From assembly GCA_965368245.1 (NCBI GenBank), contig CBDUMD010000006.1, positions 10,217 to 74,216 on the forward strand: DNA of 64,000 nucleotides, given 5' to 3'. The notes beneath the pieces were generated by a model that saw only the letters and a list, made by a program, of their open reading frames with translations, ran no database searches and was not told where the DNA came from. Made by a program: the position numbers and the translations under genes. Position 1 is the stretch's first letter. Each line of letters begins with the position of its first letter. Shown piece by piece: positions 7,694 through 17,615 of the stretch. The stretch is from an uncultured Thermoproteales archaeon (GTDB lineage: Archaea > Thermoproteota > Thermoprotei > Thermofilales > B20-G17).

Positions 7694-10600
7694 TTATCTT
7701 CTCGAGCTACGTAGTATTAGTTTCCTCTCCTCCTCCCATGACTTTAATATATCGTTTATGGTTGTGGCTACCCTATCCATGTATTGTACTGGTATCTCTT
7801 TTTCGCCGGAGGGTTTACAGTAGAGTTCAATGCGGTAGACCTTCTCTTTGGGGCTTTTAGTGCATTTAATCTCGTTTTCAGTAATTATCCTCTTTTCCTT
7901 CTCCATGATAAACGTGTATCTGAAGAAGAACCTTTTGACTAGGGTTCCGTCGGGTAGCTCTTCTTCTTCAAGTTCCTCTAGATTCACTACTCTTTCCCTA
8001 TAGCCGGTCATAATGTCCCTTAACCTCGTGTACAGGAAGGAGAAGAATATCAAGGCTTCATCTTCCTTGACCTTGGTGGAAAATAGATACGTTTTTCCAG
8101 CATAGGTTTTAAGTATCCTTTCTTCCCGTTTGATCTTCTCCTTTTCTTCAACCTTAACCCTTCTTACCTTTGATGGAGTATACATCATGGCTGCATTAAG
8201 CGCTGGCTTGAAGGATGCTATCATTGCAACCAGTATTGATATAATTATGGCAAGTATGCTCCAATACCATTCAAGCTTCTCCCTTACCAGGAGATTTTGT
8301 GTACGTGCCGTAATGGACATTATACGGAAGGTCGTTATCCCTGCAATGTATCCTAATCCGCCTGAAATAAGCCCGTATACTATGGATTCGGCTAGAAACA
8401 GTAGTGCTATATGCATGGGGTTGAAACCAATCGCATTGAATATGAATATCTCACGTCTTCTTTCGTTCACTATACTATACATGGATAAAAGTACATTGAA
8501 TATTACTATTAGTATGGGCACTACGAAGTCTATGTTGCTTGTCAGAATGTTTTCCACTTTTTGTCCGAAGAAATATTTTAGACACCTGTCTCCCGTGTTG
8601 ATGTAAGCGAAATAGTTTTCACCCTTCCTTTCGATGAAGCTGGTGGCAAGGGACGTTAATGTATCCCGGTCCCCTAGGACGACTATCTTATATATTTGGA
8701 AAACAGACGAAATAGCAGCCTCCTTTTCTACTAGAACTTCCGTCAATAGATGCCTCCAATTCATGATCACTATGTCTGTTGAGTTGGCGGGTAAAAGCTT
8801 GCCTTTAACGCTGATAAATGGTTTTAGGGGTTCCCCGTCTATGTCGACTATCTTGTCAAGCTTGTCCTCGTCGAATATCCCAGCCACAGTATACGTTTCC
8901 TCTACAGGTATTTCGACACCGGGCCTATAGACCCTTAAGGTTACTTTATCTCCTACATCGACGCCAAGCTGCGTGGCAAGTGAAAATGGAATATATATGG
9001 AATCTGGTTGAGCCAGGGCTTCGAGGCTTCCTTTAACCAGTATTTTCGATATACCGGTTATTTTGTCTTCTACAGGTGCTAGTCCAAATATAGCTTTCAG
9101 GTTGGATACCCTGACTCCCTTCCCTTCTACTTCGATCACCAGCATTTGAGCTGGATTATTGTACACCCGTGGCGACACGTTTTCCGCACCTACTTTTTCG
9201 ACGAACCACTCGTAGTCGGAGAAGTATCCTAATGCACCTGGGATGCTTTCATTTATCGTATATTTGGCTAAAAGGGATGTTGTGGGAACATAAACGGGGT
9301 TTTCCTCGCTCCATACACCGTATACGGAGGATATCGATGCAAGTACCGTGAAAGCCCATATTAAGGCGGAAAGCGAGAAAACTGTGATGAGTGTACGTGT
9401 CTTCTTCAGCTTTGAAAACCTCTTAGCTATTGAAAATGTCATAGCCATTATAGCGCCCTTACGTATGGCTCCAGGTAGTTCAGCCTCCTTTATGTGTCTA
9501 GGCAGATAGAATATCAGGAAGGTTATCCCTAGGAATGACGACAGCACAGCTGCAAGAAACAGGTCACGTTTATTCTCCCATAGTAATGTGAATCCTGGAT
9601 ATGAGTAGGAGAATAATAGTAGGAGGAGGGCATAAAATGCTAGGAATGAATATAGCTTCTTTCTAGGATCCTCGTAGAAGTAGTATGCCATGACTACGGC
9701 GAAAACTGCAATAAAGTAAGATAAAATAGGTGCACCCTCAAGAGCTACTGTTTTGAGGAAGAATATTCTTCCAGCGACATTCTGTGTGACGATTACAAAG
9801 GCTTTCTCAAGCTTTTCTAAAATCACATCGGGTGGGCGGCCGCTTTCATACGATAATTGTGCCTCCTCGACAAGCGATAAAGCCCGTGAAAGCTCTGCTC
9901 TTTCGGGAGCAAGGTAGAATCCCATGTTCTCGAACTGCTCTATGAGCTGCTCGGCTGTCTGAACATCCCTTCTAACTTCTTCGATTATCCTTCCAAGCGA
10001 CTCATACTCCATGTCAAAGCGCGTCAAAGCTCCCGCTTCAAGTCTTAGAGGGTTTAAGGGGTCTCCGATCGTGAACACAAAGCGGTGGGCAAACTCCCTT
10101 AAGAAAGGCTCACTTCTGCGGTCAAAGACCCTTGTCTCAATGCTTACTATTGCATCGATTCCTGCAGGGATTATAACTAAGTTTTCGTCGAAAACTCCTG
10201 CTGGCAATACACCTTCCTTTACTCCCCTTCGGTAGTAGATTTTAATACCCCTTCCGCTACCGTAGGCATCTATGATCTGGGGCTTAGTTTTTATGATACC
10301 TTCTTGTGACTCCCTAGTATATGTTACTTCGCCTGAGTCGAGTACTTTTCCTATTTCAACGCCTTCCGGCGTGAGGACGATGGCACTATAGAATCCACTC
10401 CATTCTCCCCCAACGTATCTTATAACGCCTTCCACCTTTACAAAAGCTGCCGGATAAACTATTAAGGTGAGGTTCACTTCTATTAAATCCTTTACAAGCA
10501 ATTCAACCATTTCAGGTATGTGACTGAAGCCGCTTTCATCCTCCCTTAACGGGTATACTACGATTCTATAGAAGCGACCTCTCTCTAAGGTCATCTCGAA

Positions 10601-10825
10601 ATATCCATTTTCATCGCTTTTCGTGAAGTTGCCTATGGCATAGTTAGTGTCGTAGGCTACTATTATGGTGTTAGTGTGGGGTTTACCATCAGAGGTCAAC
10701 ACTCTTCCTCTTACAATAACCTGTTGCGGCCTACCCGTCGCTGGTAGTGTTGATGTAATTAAAGATAGTCCTATTATGATTATCATTATAATTGATATTA
10801 TTCCTATTTTACCATATTTCCTCAA
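7694..10825 (-). CDS. Giant FtsX/MacB-type permease fusion (CarboxypepD_reg-like ectodomain, 3 TM, FtsX 4-TM module, ~160-aa cytoplasmic tail)
   Basis: There is a signal anchor, then a carboxypeptidase-regulatory-like beta-sandwich (RGRVLTSDGKPHTNTIIVAYDTNYAIGNFTKSDENGYFEMTLERGRFYRIVVY). MacB-type TM1 is preceded by basic residues (AKRFSKLKKTRTLITVFSLSALIWAFTVLA), followed by a ~250-aa loop. The FtsX core is VNERRREIFIFNAIGFNPMHIALLFLAESIVYGLISGGLGY. The tail is 161 aa. Confidence 0.8.
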   Translation of the reverse strand: MRKYGKIGIISIIMIIIIGLSLITSTLPATGRPQQVIVRGRVLTSDGKPHTNTIIVAYDTNYAIGNFTKSDENGYFEMTLERGRFYRIVVYPLREDESGFSHIPEMVELLVKDLIEVNLTLIVYPAAFVKVEGVIRYVGGEWSGFYSAIVLTPEGVEIGKVLDSGEVTYTRESQEGIIKTKPQIIDAYGSGRGIKIYYRRGVKEGVLPAGVFDENLVIIPAGIDAIVSIETRVFDRRSEPFLREFAHRFVFTIGDPLNPLRLEAGALTRFDMEYESLGRIIEEVRRDVQTAEQLIEQFENMGFYLAPERAELSRALSLVEEAQLSYESGRPPDVILEKLEKAFVIVTQNVAGRIFFLKTVALEGAPILSYFIAVFAVVMAYYFYEDPRKKLYSFLAFYALLLLLFSYSYPGFTLLWENKRDLFLAAVLSSFLGITFLIFYLPRHIKEAELPGAIRKGAIMAMTFSIAKRFSKLKKTRTLITVFSLSALIWAFTVLASISSVYGVWSEENPVYVPTTSLLAKYTINESIPGALGYFSDYEWFVEKVGAENVSPRVYNNPAQMLVIEVEGKGVRVSNLKAIFGLAPVEDKITGISKILVKGSLEALAQPDSIYIPFSLATQLGVDVGDKVTLRVYRPGVEIPVEETYTVAGIFDEDKLDKIVDIDGEPLKPFISVKGKLLPANSTDIVIMNWRHLLTEVLVEKEAAISSVFQIYKIVVLGDRDTLTSLATSFIERKGENYFAYINTGDRCLKYFFGQKVENILTSNIDFVVPILIVIFNVLLSMYSIVNERRREIFIFNAIGFNPMHIALLFLAESIVYGLISGGLGYIAGITTFRIMSITARTQNLLVREKLEWYWSILAIIISILVAMIASFKPALNAAMMYTPSKVRRVKVEEKEKIKREERILKTYAGKTYLFSTKVKEDEALIFFSFLYTRLRDIMTGYRERVVNLEELEEEELPDGTLVKRFFFRYTFIMEKEKRIITENEIKCTKSPKEKVYRIELYCKPSGEKEIPVQYMDRVATTINDILKSWEEERKLILRSSRR

Positions 10826-10960
10826 AGTTTAAGCACCTCTAATCTCTAGCTACTTTCAAAAACACTTCTAGAAAAATAAGTTTTTCTACGCTAAAGTACA
10901 TAAAACTCATCGACTTGATGATTAACGGCTAAGAAAATTCAAATTAATATATTCGGTACA

Positions 10961-12724
10961 TTATCCACTGTTTCCGAAGCCCATACAGAGTATTAGGGAC
11001 CTCCCCCAATAGCTTTTCCTATAGGTGTTTCCGTTAATATCCCTGAAGGTCAGTCTATATTTTGGTTTTATAAGTAAAGGTGCCCTCTTGTAGCTCTCTA
11101 CAGGGACCTCAATTACATTAACCTCGTTTCCTTCCATCTCCCCGAAGAAGCATTTACGTTTTATGTTTAGACCTTCAAATTCGAGAACCATGTCGACGTC
11201 TAGGGCTTTAGAACCATGATTTTTGATTACATTTTTAAGTGTAAACAGGTGTTTGGATATGTTCCCGATTACCGTTTGGACATAAAGATAGGGTGGTGGA
11301 ATATATTTTATGGAGTTTCTTTTAAAAACATTCCTACCTGCATTTTCGCTTGAACCCTCTTTAACCAGTTTAAGCTTAACGAACGAGTACTTTTCGAATA
11401 ATGATGCCCATTTACCGTTACGGGTGAACTCTATCCTGAAGCCGATCTCCTTTCCATCGTATAGGGAAAAACCGGTTCTCTCGCTAGGGTAAATATCGAT
11501 ATCCACGGTGACCGGTTTTTTACCCCTACTTACCTTGACTTTGACATCATTTTCCCGAATAAGTCTCTCGCTCCCATACTTTGGATCATCATCCCATAGT
11601 ACCTTTTCGGGGTTGGAGCAATCTAACACATGTACCTTGACCGCCTCCTCCTTCTTTGGCTTCACATCCACTAGTATCTCGTAGTTGTCCTTTCCATGAT
11701 ACCATCCGTCTGCATTGGCATCCAGGTAGACATGTATGTTACATGTGTTGTTGACCAATATTCTAAAGGAAATTTTTTCAGGGGACCATTTAGCTGCAAT
11801 GCTAGGTGATACTTCAAAATACCTCTGCATTAGAAATCCATCGCTGATAAAAGTCCATTTTCCCTCGTGTATTGCGGTTTTAATGGGATAGAGAGGGTAT
11901 TCGTCTATTCCATCCGGTATATCGTCCCCGTCAGTGTCTGGCTTAGTTGGGTCTGAACTATAGTATATGCCCGCCATGAGCTCCCTTAAATCATCTAAAC
12001 CATCATCGTCGGTATCTTTTTTAAAGGGGTTGCTTCCGAATCTTGCCTCATCTACAGGAACCCTCGGGTCTTCGTCCGGTATCCCATCGCCATCACTGTC
12101 TTTAACCTCCCATATATCCGGGTGGGGAAAAGATAATTTGAGCCACTTTTCTTCAGGCCATGAGCGAAGTATATATGCATTAAAGTCGAAGTGTTCGCCG
12201 AAGAAGCCGGGGAGTTTCTGCGGAAAATCAGCGTGAGGGTATTCAGGCATCCCACTTAATTTAAAGAATTCATCTAGCTGGTGATGGAACTCATGTACGA
12301 AAAGCCAGGCTAACGCCCCGTTAACCTGGAAACTACTGTACCTTCTCACAGTTCCACCAGGACCCCAAACGTATCCTACTGGGTCAGGAGATTCATCGTA
12401 GACTGGTGTAGCCCATATAGCTATTACACCGTCGAAATCTCTTTCCCTATCCAAGCCAACATGTTTTAAAGCTTCGTCGACGATGGGATATACTTTATCG
12501 GGGGGCAACCACCAACCATCGAAGGAAACCTCCTTGTCCGTGATAAGCCAGGTGAAGGAAAGGTTCAGCATGCAATGCGAGTTGACCCAATAGAATCGAC
12601 GCGCCTTCTCCAGCTCGATGAAGATTTTCTCGAGCTTCCTGTTGTGAAGGGAGCCACGTTCACCATCGTGGAGAACATTGGTGAAAATGGATACCAGCAA
12701 CTCTAGGTTTACTATCTTTTTCAT
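10961..12724 (-). CDS. HExxH protein with thrombospondin-type-3-like Ca-binding repeats and a beta-sandwich C-terminal half
   Basis: The motif FVHEFHHQLDEF is present. Three Asp-rich repeats follow (DSDGDGIPDED, DTDDDGLDDL, DTDGDDIPDGIDE). The C-terminal region resembles a CBM9/DOMON-type sandwich (HVYLDANADGWYHGKDNYEILVDV). No N-terminal signal peptide is visible. AGGAGG lies upstream of the ATG. Confidence 0.5.
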   Translation of the reverse strand: MKKIVNLELLVSIFTNVLHDGERGSLHNRKLEKIFIELEKARRFYWVNSHCMLNLSFTWLITDKEVSFDGWWLPPDKVYPIVDEALKHVGLDRERDFDGVIAIWATPVYDESPDPVGYVWGPGGTVRRYSSFQVNGALAWLFVHEFHHQLDEFFKLSGMPEYPHADFPQKLPGFFGEHFDFNAYILRSWPEEKWLKLSFPHPDIWEVKDSDGDGIPDEDPRVPVDEARFGSNPFKKDTDDDGLDDLRELMAGIYYSSDPTKPDTDGDDIPDGIDEYPLYPIKTAIHEGKWTFISDGFLMQRYFEVSPSIAAKWSPEKISFRILVNNTCNIHVYLDANADGWYHGKDNYEILVDVKPKKEEAVKVHVLDCSNPEKVLWDDDPKYGSERLIRENDVKVKVSRGKKPVTVDIDIYPSERTGFSLYDGKEIGFRIEFTRNGKWASLFEKYSFVKLKLVKEGSSENAGRNVFKRNSIKYIPPPYLYVQTVIGNISKHLFTLKNVIKNHGSKALDVDMVLEFEGLNIKRKCFFGEMEGNEVNVIEVPVESYKRAPLLIKPKYRLTFRDINGNTYRKSYWGRSLILCMGFGNSG

Positions 12725-12759
12725 CGTAGTCAGCCTCCTTTACAGATACCGGAAGGCTG

Positions 12760-13314
12760 CTACTCTAGTGTTGCATGTCTCTTTAAAATATAGTCTTCGC
12801 CCCTACCAAGCCTTCTCATAAGTTCCGAGGATATGCTGTCAACAACAGCTAAGACGGCTATATCGAATAGGGAGGTGAAGGGGGCATACGACTCCCTTTC
12901 CAGAAGCTTTGTTTTACCAGGAACCCTTAAAATATGATGCGCAAGGCTGGCTAAGGTTCCCTTAGGATTGGCGGTGATGGCCACGATTTTAGCCCCAAGT
13001 TCAAGAGCTTTCCTAGCCATACAGACACTGGAGGCGGTTTCCCCACTACCAGATACGATCACCACTAGGTCTCCTATACCACAACCGGGGGTAATCGTTT
13101 CCCCTATATAGTAGGCGTCTAATCCAATGTGCATTAACCTTTGCGTAAAACATCTGGCAATGAATCCAGACCGGCCTGCACCATAGCAGAAAATTTTCTT
13201 GGCGTCAAGTATTAAATTAATTAGAGCTTCAACTTCATTGAAGTCTATTTCATCCTTCACTATCTCTAGATGCTCAATTATTTCTTCAAGTGAAAGATAG
13301 AATACGTTCGTCAT
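12760..13314 (-). CDS. SIS-domain sugar-phosphate isomerase (6-phospho-3-hexuloisomerase-like)
   Basis: The 184-aa ORF carries FCYGAGRSGFIARCFTQRLMHIGL...VVIVSGSGETASSV...GAKIVAITANP, the typical single-SIS PHI/HxlB-like pattern. Confidence 0.7.
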   Translation of the reverse strand: MTNVFYLSLEEIIEHLEIVKDEIDFNEVEALINLILDAKKIFCYGAGRSGFIARCFTQRLMHIGLDAYYIGETITPGCGIGDLVVIVSGSGETASSVCMARKALELGAKIVAITANPKGTLASLAHHILRVPGKTKLLERESYAPFTSLFDIAVLAVVDSISSELMRRLGRGEDYILKRHATLE

Positions 13315-13385
13315 ATTTACCTGTCCTCTCTTTTTATTAGAGATAAATTATAGTATTTCCGTCTTAAAAGTTTCCTGTAGAAATT

Positions 13386-14642
13386 TTAAGATAAAGGCTC
13401 CACCCTAACTCCTTCGTCGACCTTTACAACGAAGCCCCTTGAAGCCCCGGCTTTCATGGACTCCTTTATCACTCTCCTGCCAATACCTTCATCCGGCACT
13501 AACGCAATAAGTGAACCGCCAAGCCCCGCACCACTTATCTTCACCCCCAACGCACCAGCCTTTAGAGCACGCTCCCTTATTTCCTCGAGTTTAGGGAGGC
13601 TAACATCATATAAGTCCCTTAGAAGCTCATGTTGCTTGTTAATTATAGCACCTAGAAGATCCAGTTTCCCCTTTAGGGAGGCTAATTGTATCCCAAATGT
13701 TTCTAGGGTTTCGCTAAGCTTAAACGGATCCTCCCCTTCCATTATCTTTAAAGCAACTTCCGTTAACGTGTTCATCAAAATTGTGAATTTTATCCTCTTT
13801 GCCGATACTGGGTTAACCTCCTTAAGATAGGGCTCTAATTCTTCAAGCGATAATTCATCCCACCTGGGTTCATCGTACCTGTACCCTAGTTTGACCTTGA
13901 TGTGGTCCGGGACCCTTGGATTTTCCATTAATGTCTTTAATCCCTCATTTATTTCTTGTTGTCTTTTTGGATGTATCTCAACTGTTGCATGCCTTATTCC
14001 AGAATCTAGTACAACTAAATTAAGGTCCTTGAAGGGTATCTTCTCCACGTTGAAGGGTGGCTTTGTATAAAGCTTTATTACTCCCCCATATGCGGATCCA
14101 TATTGATCCAGTCTCCCACAGGGGATTTTTAATTCATCGTGTTCCGCTGTAAAAGATACTTCTGCAATATCTTTAACTGATAAGACCAGCCCGTACTCTA
14201 CGTTTAGCAGATGGGCAAACGCTACCTCAAGGGCAGCACTGCTTGCCAGCCCCGAAGCCACAGGGACATCGCTTATAACTACGACTTTCAAGCCGTAGGG
14301 AAAATATATACCTAGCTTCCTGTTGAACGCACGTACTATGCCCCTGAAATAGTTTCCGAACCAACGCCCCCTCCTCAATTTAGGTTTATTTACTGGGAAT
14401 TTGTCGCGGTAAACCCTACCCTCATTCTTAAGGTTGAGAGATTCCACCGAGAAGAATTTCTCGTCCCTGCCGAGGACGAACATATAGGTTCTTAAGTTAA
14501 TTGCCACAGGTACGACAGGTAAACCCTTATAATCTTGATGCGTGTTGAGGAAATCTGCTCTACCCGGGGCTGAGGTGCATAAAAGACCCTTCGACCCATA
14601 TTCTTGTTCTATAACCTTAATTTTTTCATGCAATGCCTCCAT
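13386..14642 (-). CDS. galK: Galactokinase (GHMP kinase)
   Basis: It has a galactokinase-like N-terminal signature GRADFLNTHQDY, GHMP motif 2 PVASGLASSAALEVA and motif 3 ISGAGLGGSLIAL. GGGGGTG lies upstream of the ATG. Confidence 0.85.
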   Translation of the reverse strand: MEALHEKIKVIEQEYGSKGLLCTSAPGRADFLNTHQDYKGLPVVPVAINLRTYMFVLGRDEKFFSVESLNLKNEGRVYRDKFPVNKPKLRRGRWFGNYFRGIVRAFNRKLGIYFPYGLKVVVISDVPVASGLASSAALEVAFAHLLNVEYGLVLSVKDIAEVSFTAEHDELKIPCGRLDQYGSAYGGVIKLYTKPPFNVEKIPFKDLNLVVLDSGIRHATVEIHPKRQQEINEGLKTLMENPRVPDHIKVKLGYRYDEPRWDELSLEELEPYLKEVNPVSAKRIKFTILMNTLTEVALKIMEGEDPFKLSETLETFGIQLASLKGKLDLLGAIINKQHELLRDLYDVSLPKLEEIRERALKAGALGVKISGAGLGGSLIALVPDEGIGRRVIKESMKAGASRGFVVKVDEGVRVEPLS

Positions 14643-14681
14643 ATCGACACCCCCATTTTCCCGAGGAACACCAAAAATCTT

Positions 14682-17600
14682 TTATTTTTCTGGCTCACCT
14701 AGTTTCATCCTGCTACTCCACTCTAAAGCTATACGCCTTATGAGTCTGGTTGTCCTGTAGACCGCTTCTTCAGGGAACGAGCATTTAACCGGTGTACACT
14801 TTAAAACTATTCCCCAGAATCTGCTTTCACGCGGTAGTTTAAGTTCCAGCTCGTTTACCGTCCGGGCCCGTATCATTCCGTCAGGATACTCGTATGAAAA
14901 GATTATTCTTCTTACCCGCCCCTCAACCCTTATCTCCTCCTCGGTGGCAAGCACGTCTTCGATAGATTCAATTCCACCTTTATATTCCTTAAATCTCTTG
15001 ATGACGAAGTCAACGAAGGATTCGGCTAGACCTGAAGGTATTTTTAATGGTATTGGAACCTCATGGGTCCCTGCAACCCTGCTGCTTTCGAGTCTAAATC
15101 TTCTCAACATGGAGGGGACCACCACGAATGCACCTTTATACGCTGGGTAGATCGAGCCTAGTATGGCTACAAGTATTGAGGCTGAAAGGGCGATAGCACC
15201 CCATGCGGCTGAAACTTTTTGCCTGACTTCAAGTGCTGTGCCAAAAAGCTGTAGGATGCGATAACTTGGAAGACTGAGAAGGTAACCTATTCCTCCCGAT
15301 AGCAATCCAGCTATAATAGCCTCTGAGACGAATAAAAATACTATGTAGGTTGGATTGACCCCTATAGACGATAAGGTCATGACCTCCCTTTTCCGTTGAT
15401 ACACCGAGGATATGAATGTCATGAAAATAGTGAGTATCACCATGGTTGCTGGAACAAGGGTGGATAAGCCTCCCTTAACTTCCAGTATATTCCCATATTC
15501 GGCCTTGTATACGGAGTTGAACGCAGTGTACCATACCTTTACCCCTAGGATAGCGAGCCTCCGTGCAAGCCCTTCAATATTTCGTTCGTCCACCACCGCT
15601 AGAATTGATGTGGGAGTTAGCTCCAATTCGTGGGCGTCGCTTAAAGATATGAAGATAACCTCGTTATCGCGCACAGGTGAAATTACCTGCGAAACCCCTT
15701 GTTCGGTTAAGTAGGTGAAGAGTTTATAGGGGTATAATACCCTTCCATCGAGATCCTTAAATTGCGCCAGTTTCGTTGAGTCGATTATGCCTACAACTTT
15801 AAAGACCTTGCCATTAAATTCAACTTCATCACCTATACTAAGTTTCAAGCTTTCAGCAAGCGAAGAGGTTAACGCTATTTCTCCAGAGCCTGTTGGATAG
15901 TCTCCAGATATAAAGGATGTAAATCCAATCAACTTCGCCTCCCTTGGACTCATGGCTACAACTCCATATATCCTCTCCTTTAATCCGTTTCCTGTAATTA
16001 AGGTACCTAGGGGTTTCTCCGCCACAAAAGATGTATACCTTACATAGTATTCTTTGACGCCTTCTTCGCCCTCCAATACAGCCAAAACCTCTTCCGGAAG
16101 CCTCGTCGGCAACTTGTAAATGGCTTCACCGACCTTCACTACACCAATGTTTTTTACTAGTAACCCATGGTATGATGGCGGGTAAACCTGTTTTAATACG
16201 ACAACCCCTCTCATCGAGGCATATGAAGTTAAAACCATTATAGCCCAGACCATGACCACCATGCTTATCATAGCTAACGTTGTTTGAAGCCTTCTTCTCC
16301 TAAGGTTTCTTTTCGCGGCAGAAAATATAGCTACTATAGCGCTCCAGAAAGCCACGCCTCTTGGAGTAGGCTTCTCTCTTATTATCTTCGGCGCAGCTTC
16401 GGCTAAGCCGAAGATAATAAAAGCAGATGCCACAGAGAGTAATGCCGCCATTTCAAGCGGGTATAGTCTGAATCCCGGATAGCTGGCGTAAACCACAATG
16501 TAGAAGAATAAATATACTAGGATAAAGATAATGGCTTGGAGCCCCTTCTTCTCCGTAACGTACAGGGCGAGTGATGTAGACACAAAAGCCAATATAAGCA
16601 TGATGAAGGGCGTAGATGAAAAGGCTTCAGAATAAGCCTCGCTTAGGATGCTATAAATGTTATCTCCTATAAGCTTTATTTCCCTTAATCCAGCGTAGAC
16701 ACTTGCAAGCCTCCCTAACTTGTAGTCTCTTTTAGCTTTATCGAGCTTGCTGAAAGCCTTGTTAAGATCACTTTTTTCAGCAGTAAGGTAGAATCCTCTT
16801 CCCTCAGCTTGCGCCAGCAATTTATCTATCTCCTTAAGGAAAGCCTCTGCGTCTTTAATCGATTTAGCCAACGTTACGTTAGAAAGGTTAATTGAATAGG
16901 TTCCACCTTTTGGTAACACCATTCCAGAAGGTGAACCTATTGAAACGCTTTTTGAAACGTATTTCGGCTTATTGTCTACAATTATCCTCCAAACGGCAGT
17001 AACATTTATTATTGTTTTTACATTGGCGGGTATTATTACATATCTAGGGTTAAATCCAAGAATATCCTGGATTAATCCTTTAACCTCTGGAGGATAGCTT
17101 CCAAAAGCCGTTATGTTTCCATTGTATGGTCCCTGGTATAACTTAAATCCCTCGACGGTCTGAACGGTGAAGCCGAGGTAATCTGCTGCCTTTTCATACT
17201 CGAATTCATAGTATTCTCCCTCAAATATCACCAGCGCCCCTGGAACCAGCTTTATCTCGAGGCTGAATCCCTTTTTAGTTAGCTCAGGTGTCTTGCAATA
17301 GACTGGTACGTAATCGTTTTCCTGTGTGAAAACATATATTCTATAGGGTTGTCCTATCGGCACGGTAGCATTAAAGAATCCATTGGAGTCCGTAGTGAAG
17401 TTATATTTGTCCATTCTATAGCCTCCTTGAACCACTATTATTGCTCCTTTTATGGGCTTCAATGTCGAGGAATCTTTAACGTAACCCGTAATACTGGCTT
17501 TTGATACGGGTATTGAGGGTTGAGCATATAGATTCATTGATGTAAGGAGGATAATTAACGTGAAACCCAGCAGGAGACCGAAAGAGAAAAACCTTTTCAT
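14682..17600 (-). CDS. Giant FtsX/MacB-type permease fusion, paralog of 7694-10825
   Basis: The architecture is the same. It has a signal peptide and a CarboxypepD_reg-like domain (ITGYVKDSSTLKPIKGAIIVVQGG...TTDSNGFFNATVPIGQPYRIYVF). The helical stalk carries the shared GFYLTAEK motif and is followed by 3 TM. MacB TM1 is AKRNLRRRRLQTTLAMISMVVMVWAIMVL. The FtsX core is VYQRKREVMTLSSIGVNPTYIVFLFVSEAIIAGLLSGGIGY. The tail is 146 aa. GGAGGTG lies 6 nt before the ATG. Confidence 0.8.
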   Translation of the reverse strand: MKRFFSFGLLLGFTLIILLTSMNLYAQPSIPVSKASITGYVKDSSTLKPIKGAIIVVQGGYRMDKYNFTTDSNGFFNATVPIGQPYRIYVFTQENDYVPVYCKTPELTKKGFSLEIKLVPGALVIFEGEYYEFEYEKAADYLGFTVQTVEGFKLYQGPYNGNITAFGSYPPEVKGLIQDILGFNPRYVIIPANVKTIINVTAVWRIIVDNKPKYVSKSVSIGSPSGMVLPKGGTYSINLSNVTLAKSIKDAEAFLKEIDKLLAQAEGRGFYLTAEKSDLNKAFSKLDKAKRDYKLGRLASVYAGLREIKLIGDNIYSILSEAYSEAFSSTPFIMLILAFVSTSLALYVTEKKGLQAIIFILVYLFFYIVVYASYPGFRLYPLEMAALLSVASAFIIFGLAEAAPKIIREKPTPRGVAFWSAIVAIFSAAKRNLRRRRLQTTLAMISMVVMVWAIMVLTSYASMRGVVVLKQVYPPSYHGLLVKNIGVVKVGEAIYKLPTRLPEEVLAVLEGEEGVKEYYVRYTSFVAEKPLGTLITGNGLKERIYGVVAMSPREAKLIGFTSFISGDYPTGSGEIALTSSLAESLKLSIGDEVEFNGKVFKVVGIIDSTKLAQFKDLDGRVLYPYKLFTYLTEQGVSQVISPVRDNEVIFISLSDAHELELTPTSILAVVDERNIEGLARRLAILGVKVWYTAFNSVYKAEYGNILEVKGGLSTLVPATMVILTIFMTFISSVYQRKREVMTLSSIGVNPTYIVFLFVSEAIIAGLLSGGIGYLLSLPSYRILQLFGTALEVRQKVSAAWGAIALSASILVAILGSIYPAYKGAFVVVPSMLRRFRLESSRVAGTHEVPIPLKIPSGLAESFVDFVIKRFKEYKGGIESIEDVLATEEEIRVEGRVRRIIFSYEYPDGMIRARTVNELELKLPRESRFWGIVLKCTPVKCSFPEEAVYRTTRLIRRIALEWSSRMKLGEPEK

Positions 17601-17615
17601 GGTGACACCTCCATT

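Noticed and set aside
8130-8606. Plus-strand ORF (158 aa) inside the 1043-aa FtsX gene, and similar antisense ORFs (5151-5531, 17476-17865, 24600-25049, 33906-34391, 51648-52040 among others)
   Set aside because: All lie wholly within longer ORFs that carry clear family motifs on the opposite strand or in another frame. They have low-complexity composition and no start context, and are typical shadow ORFs.
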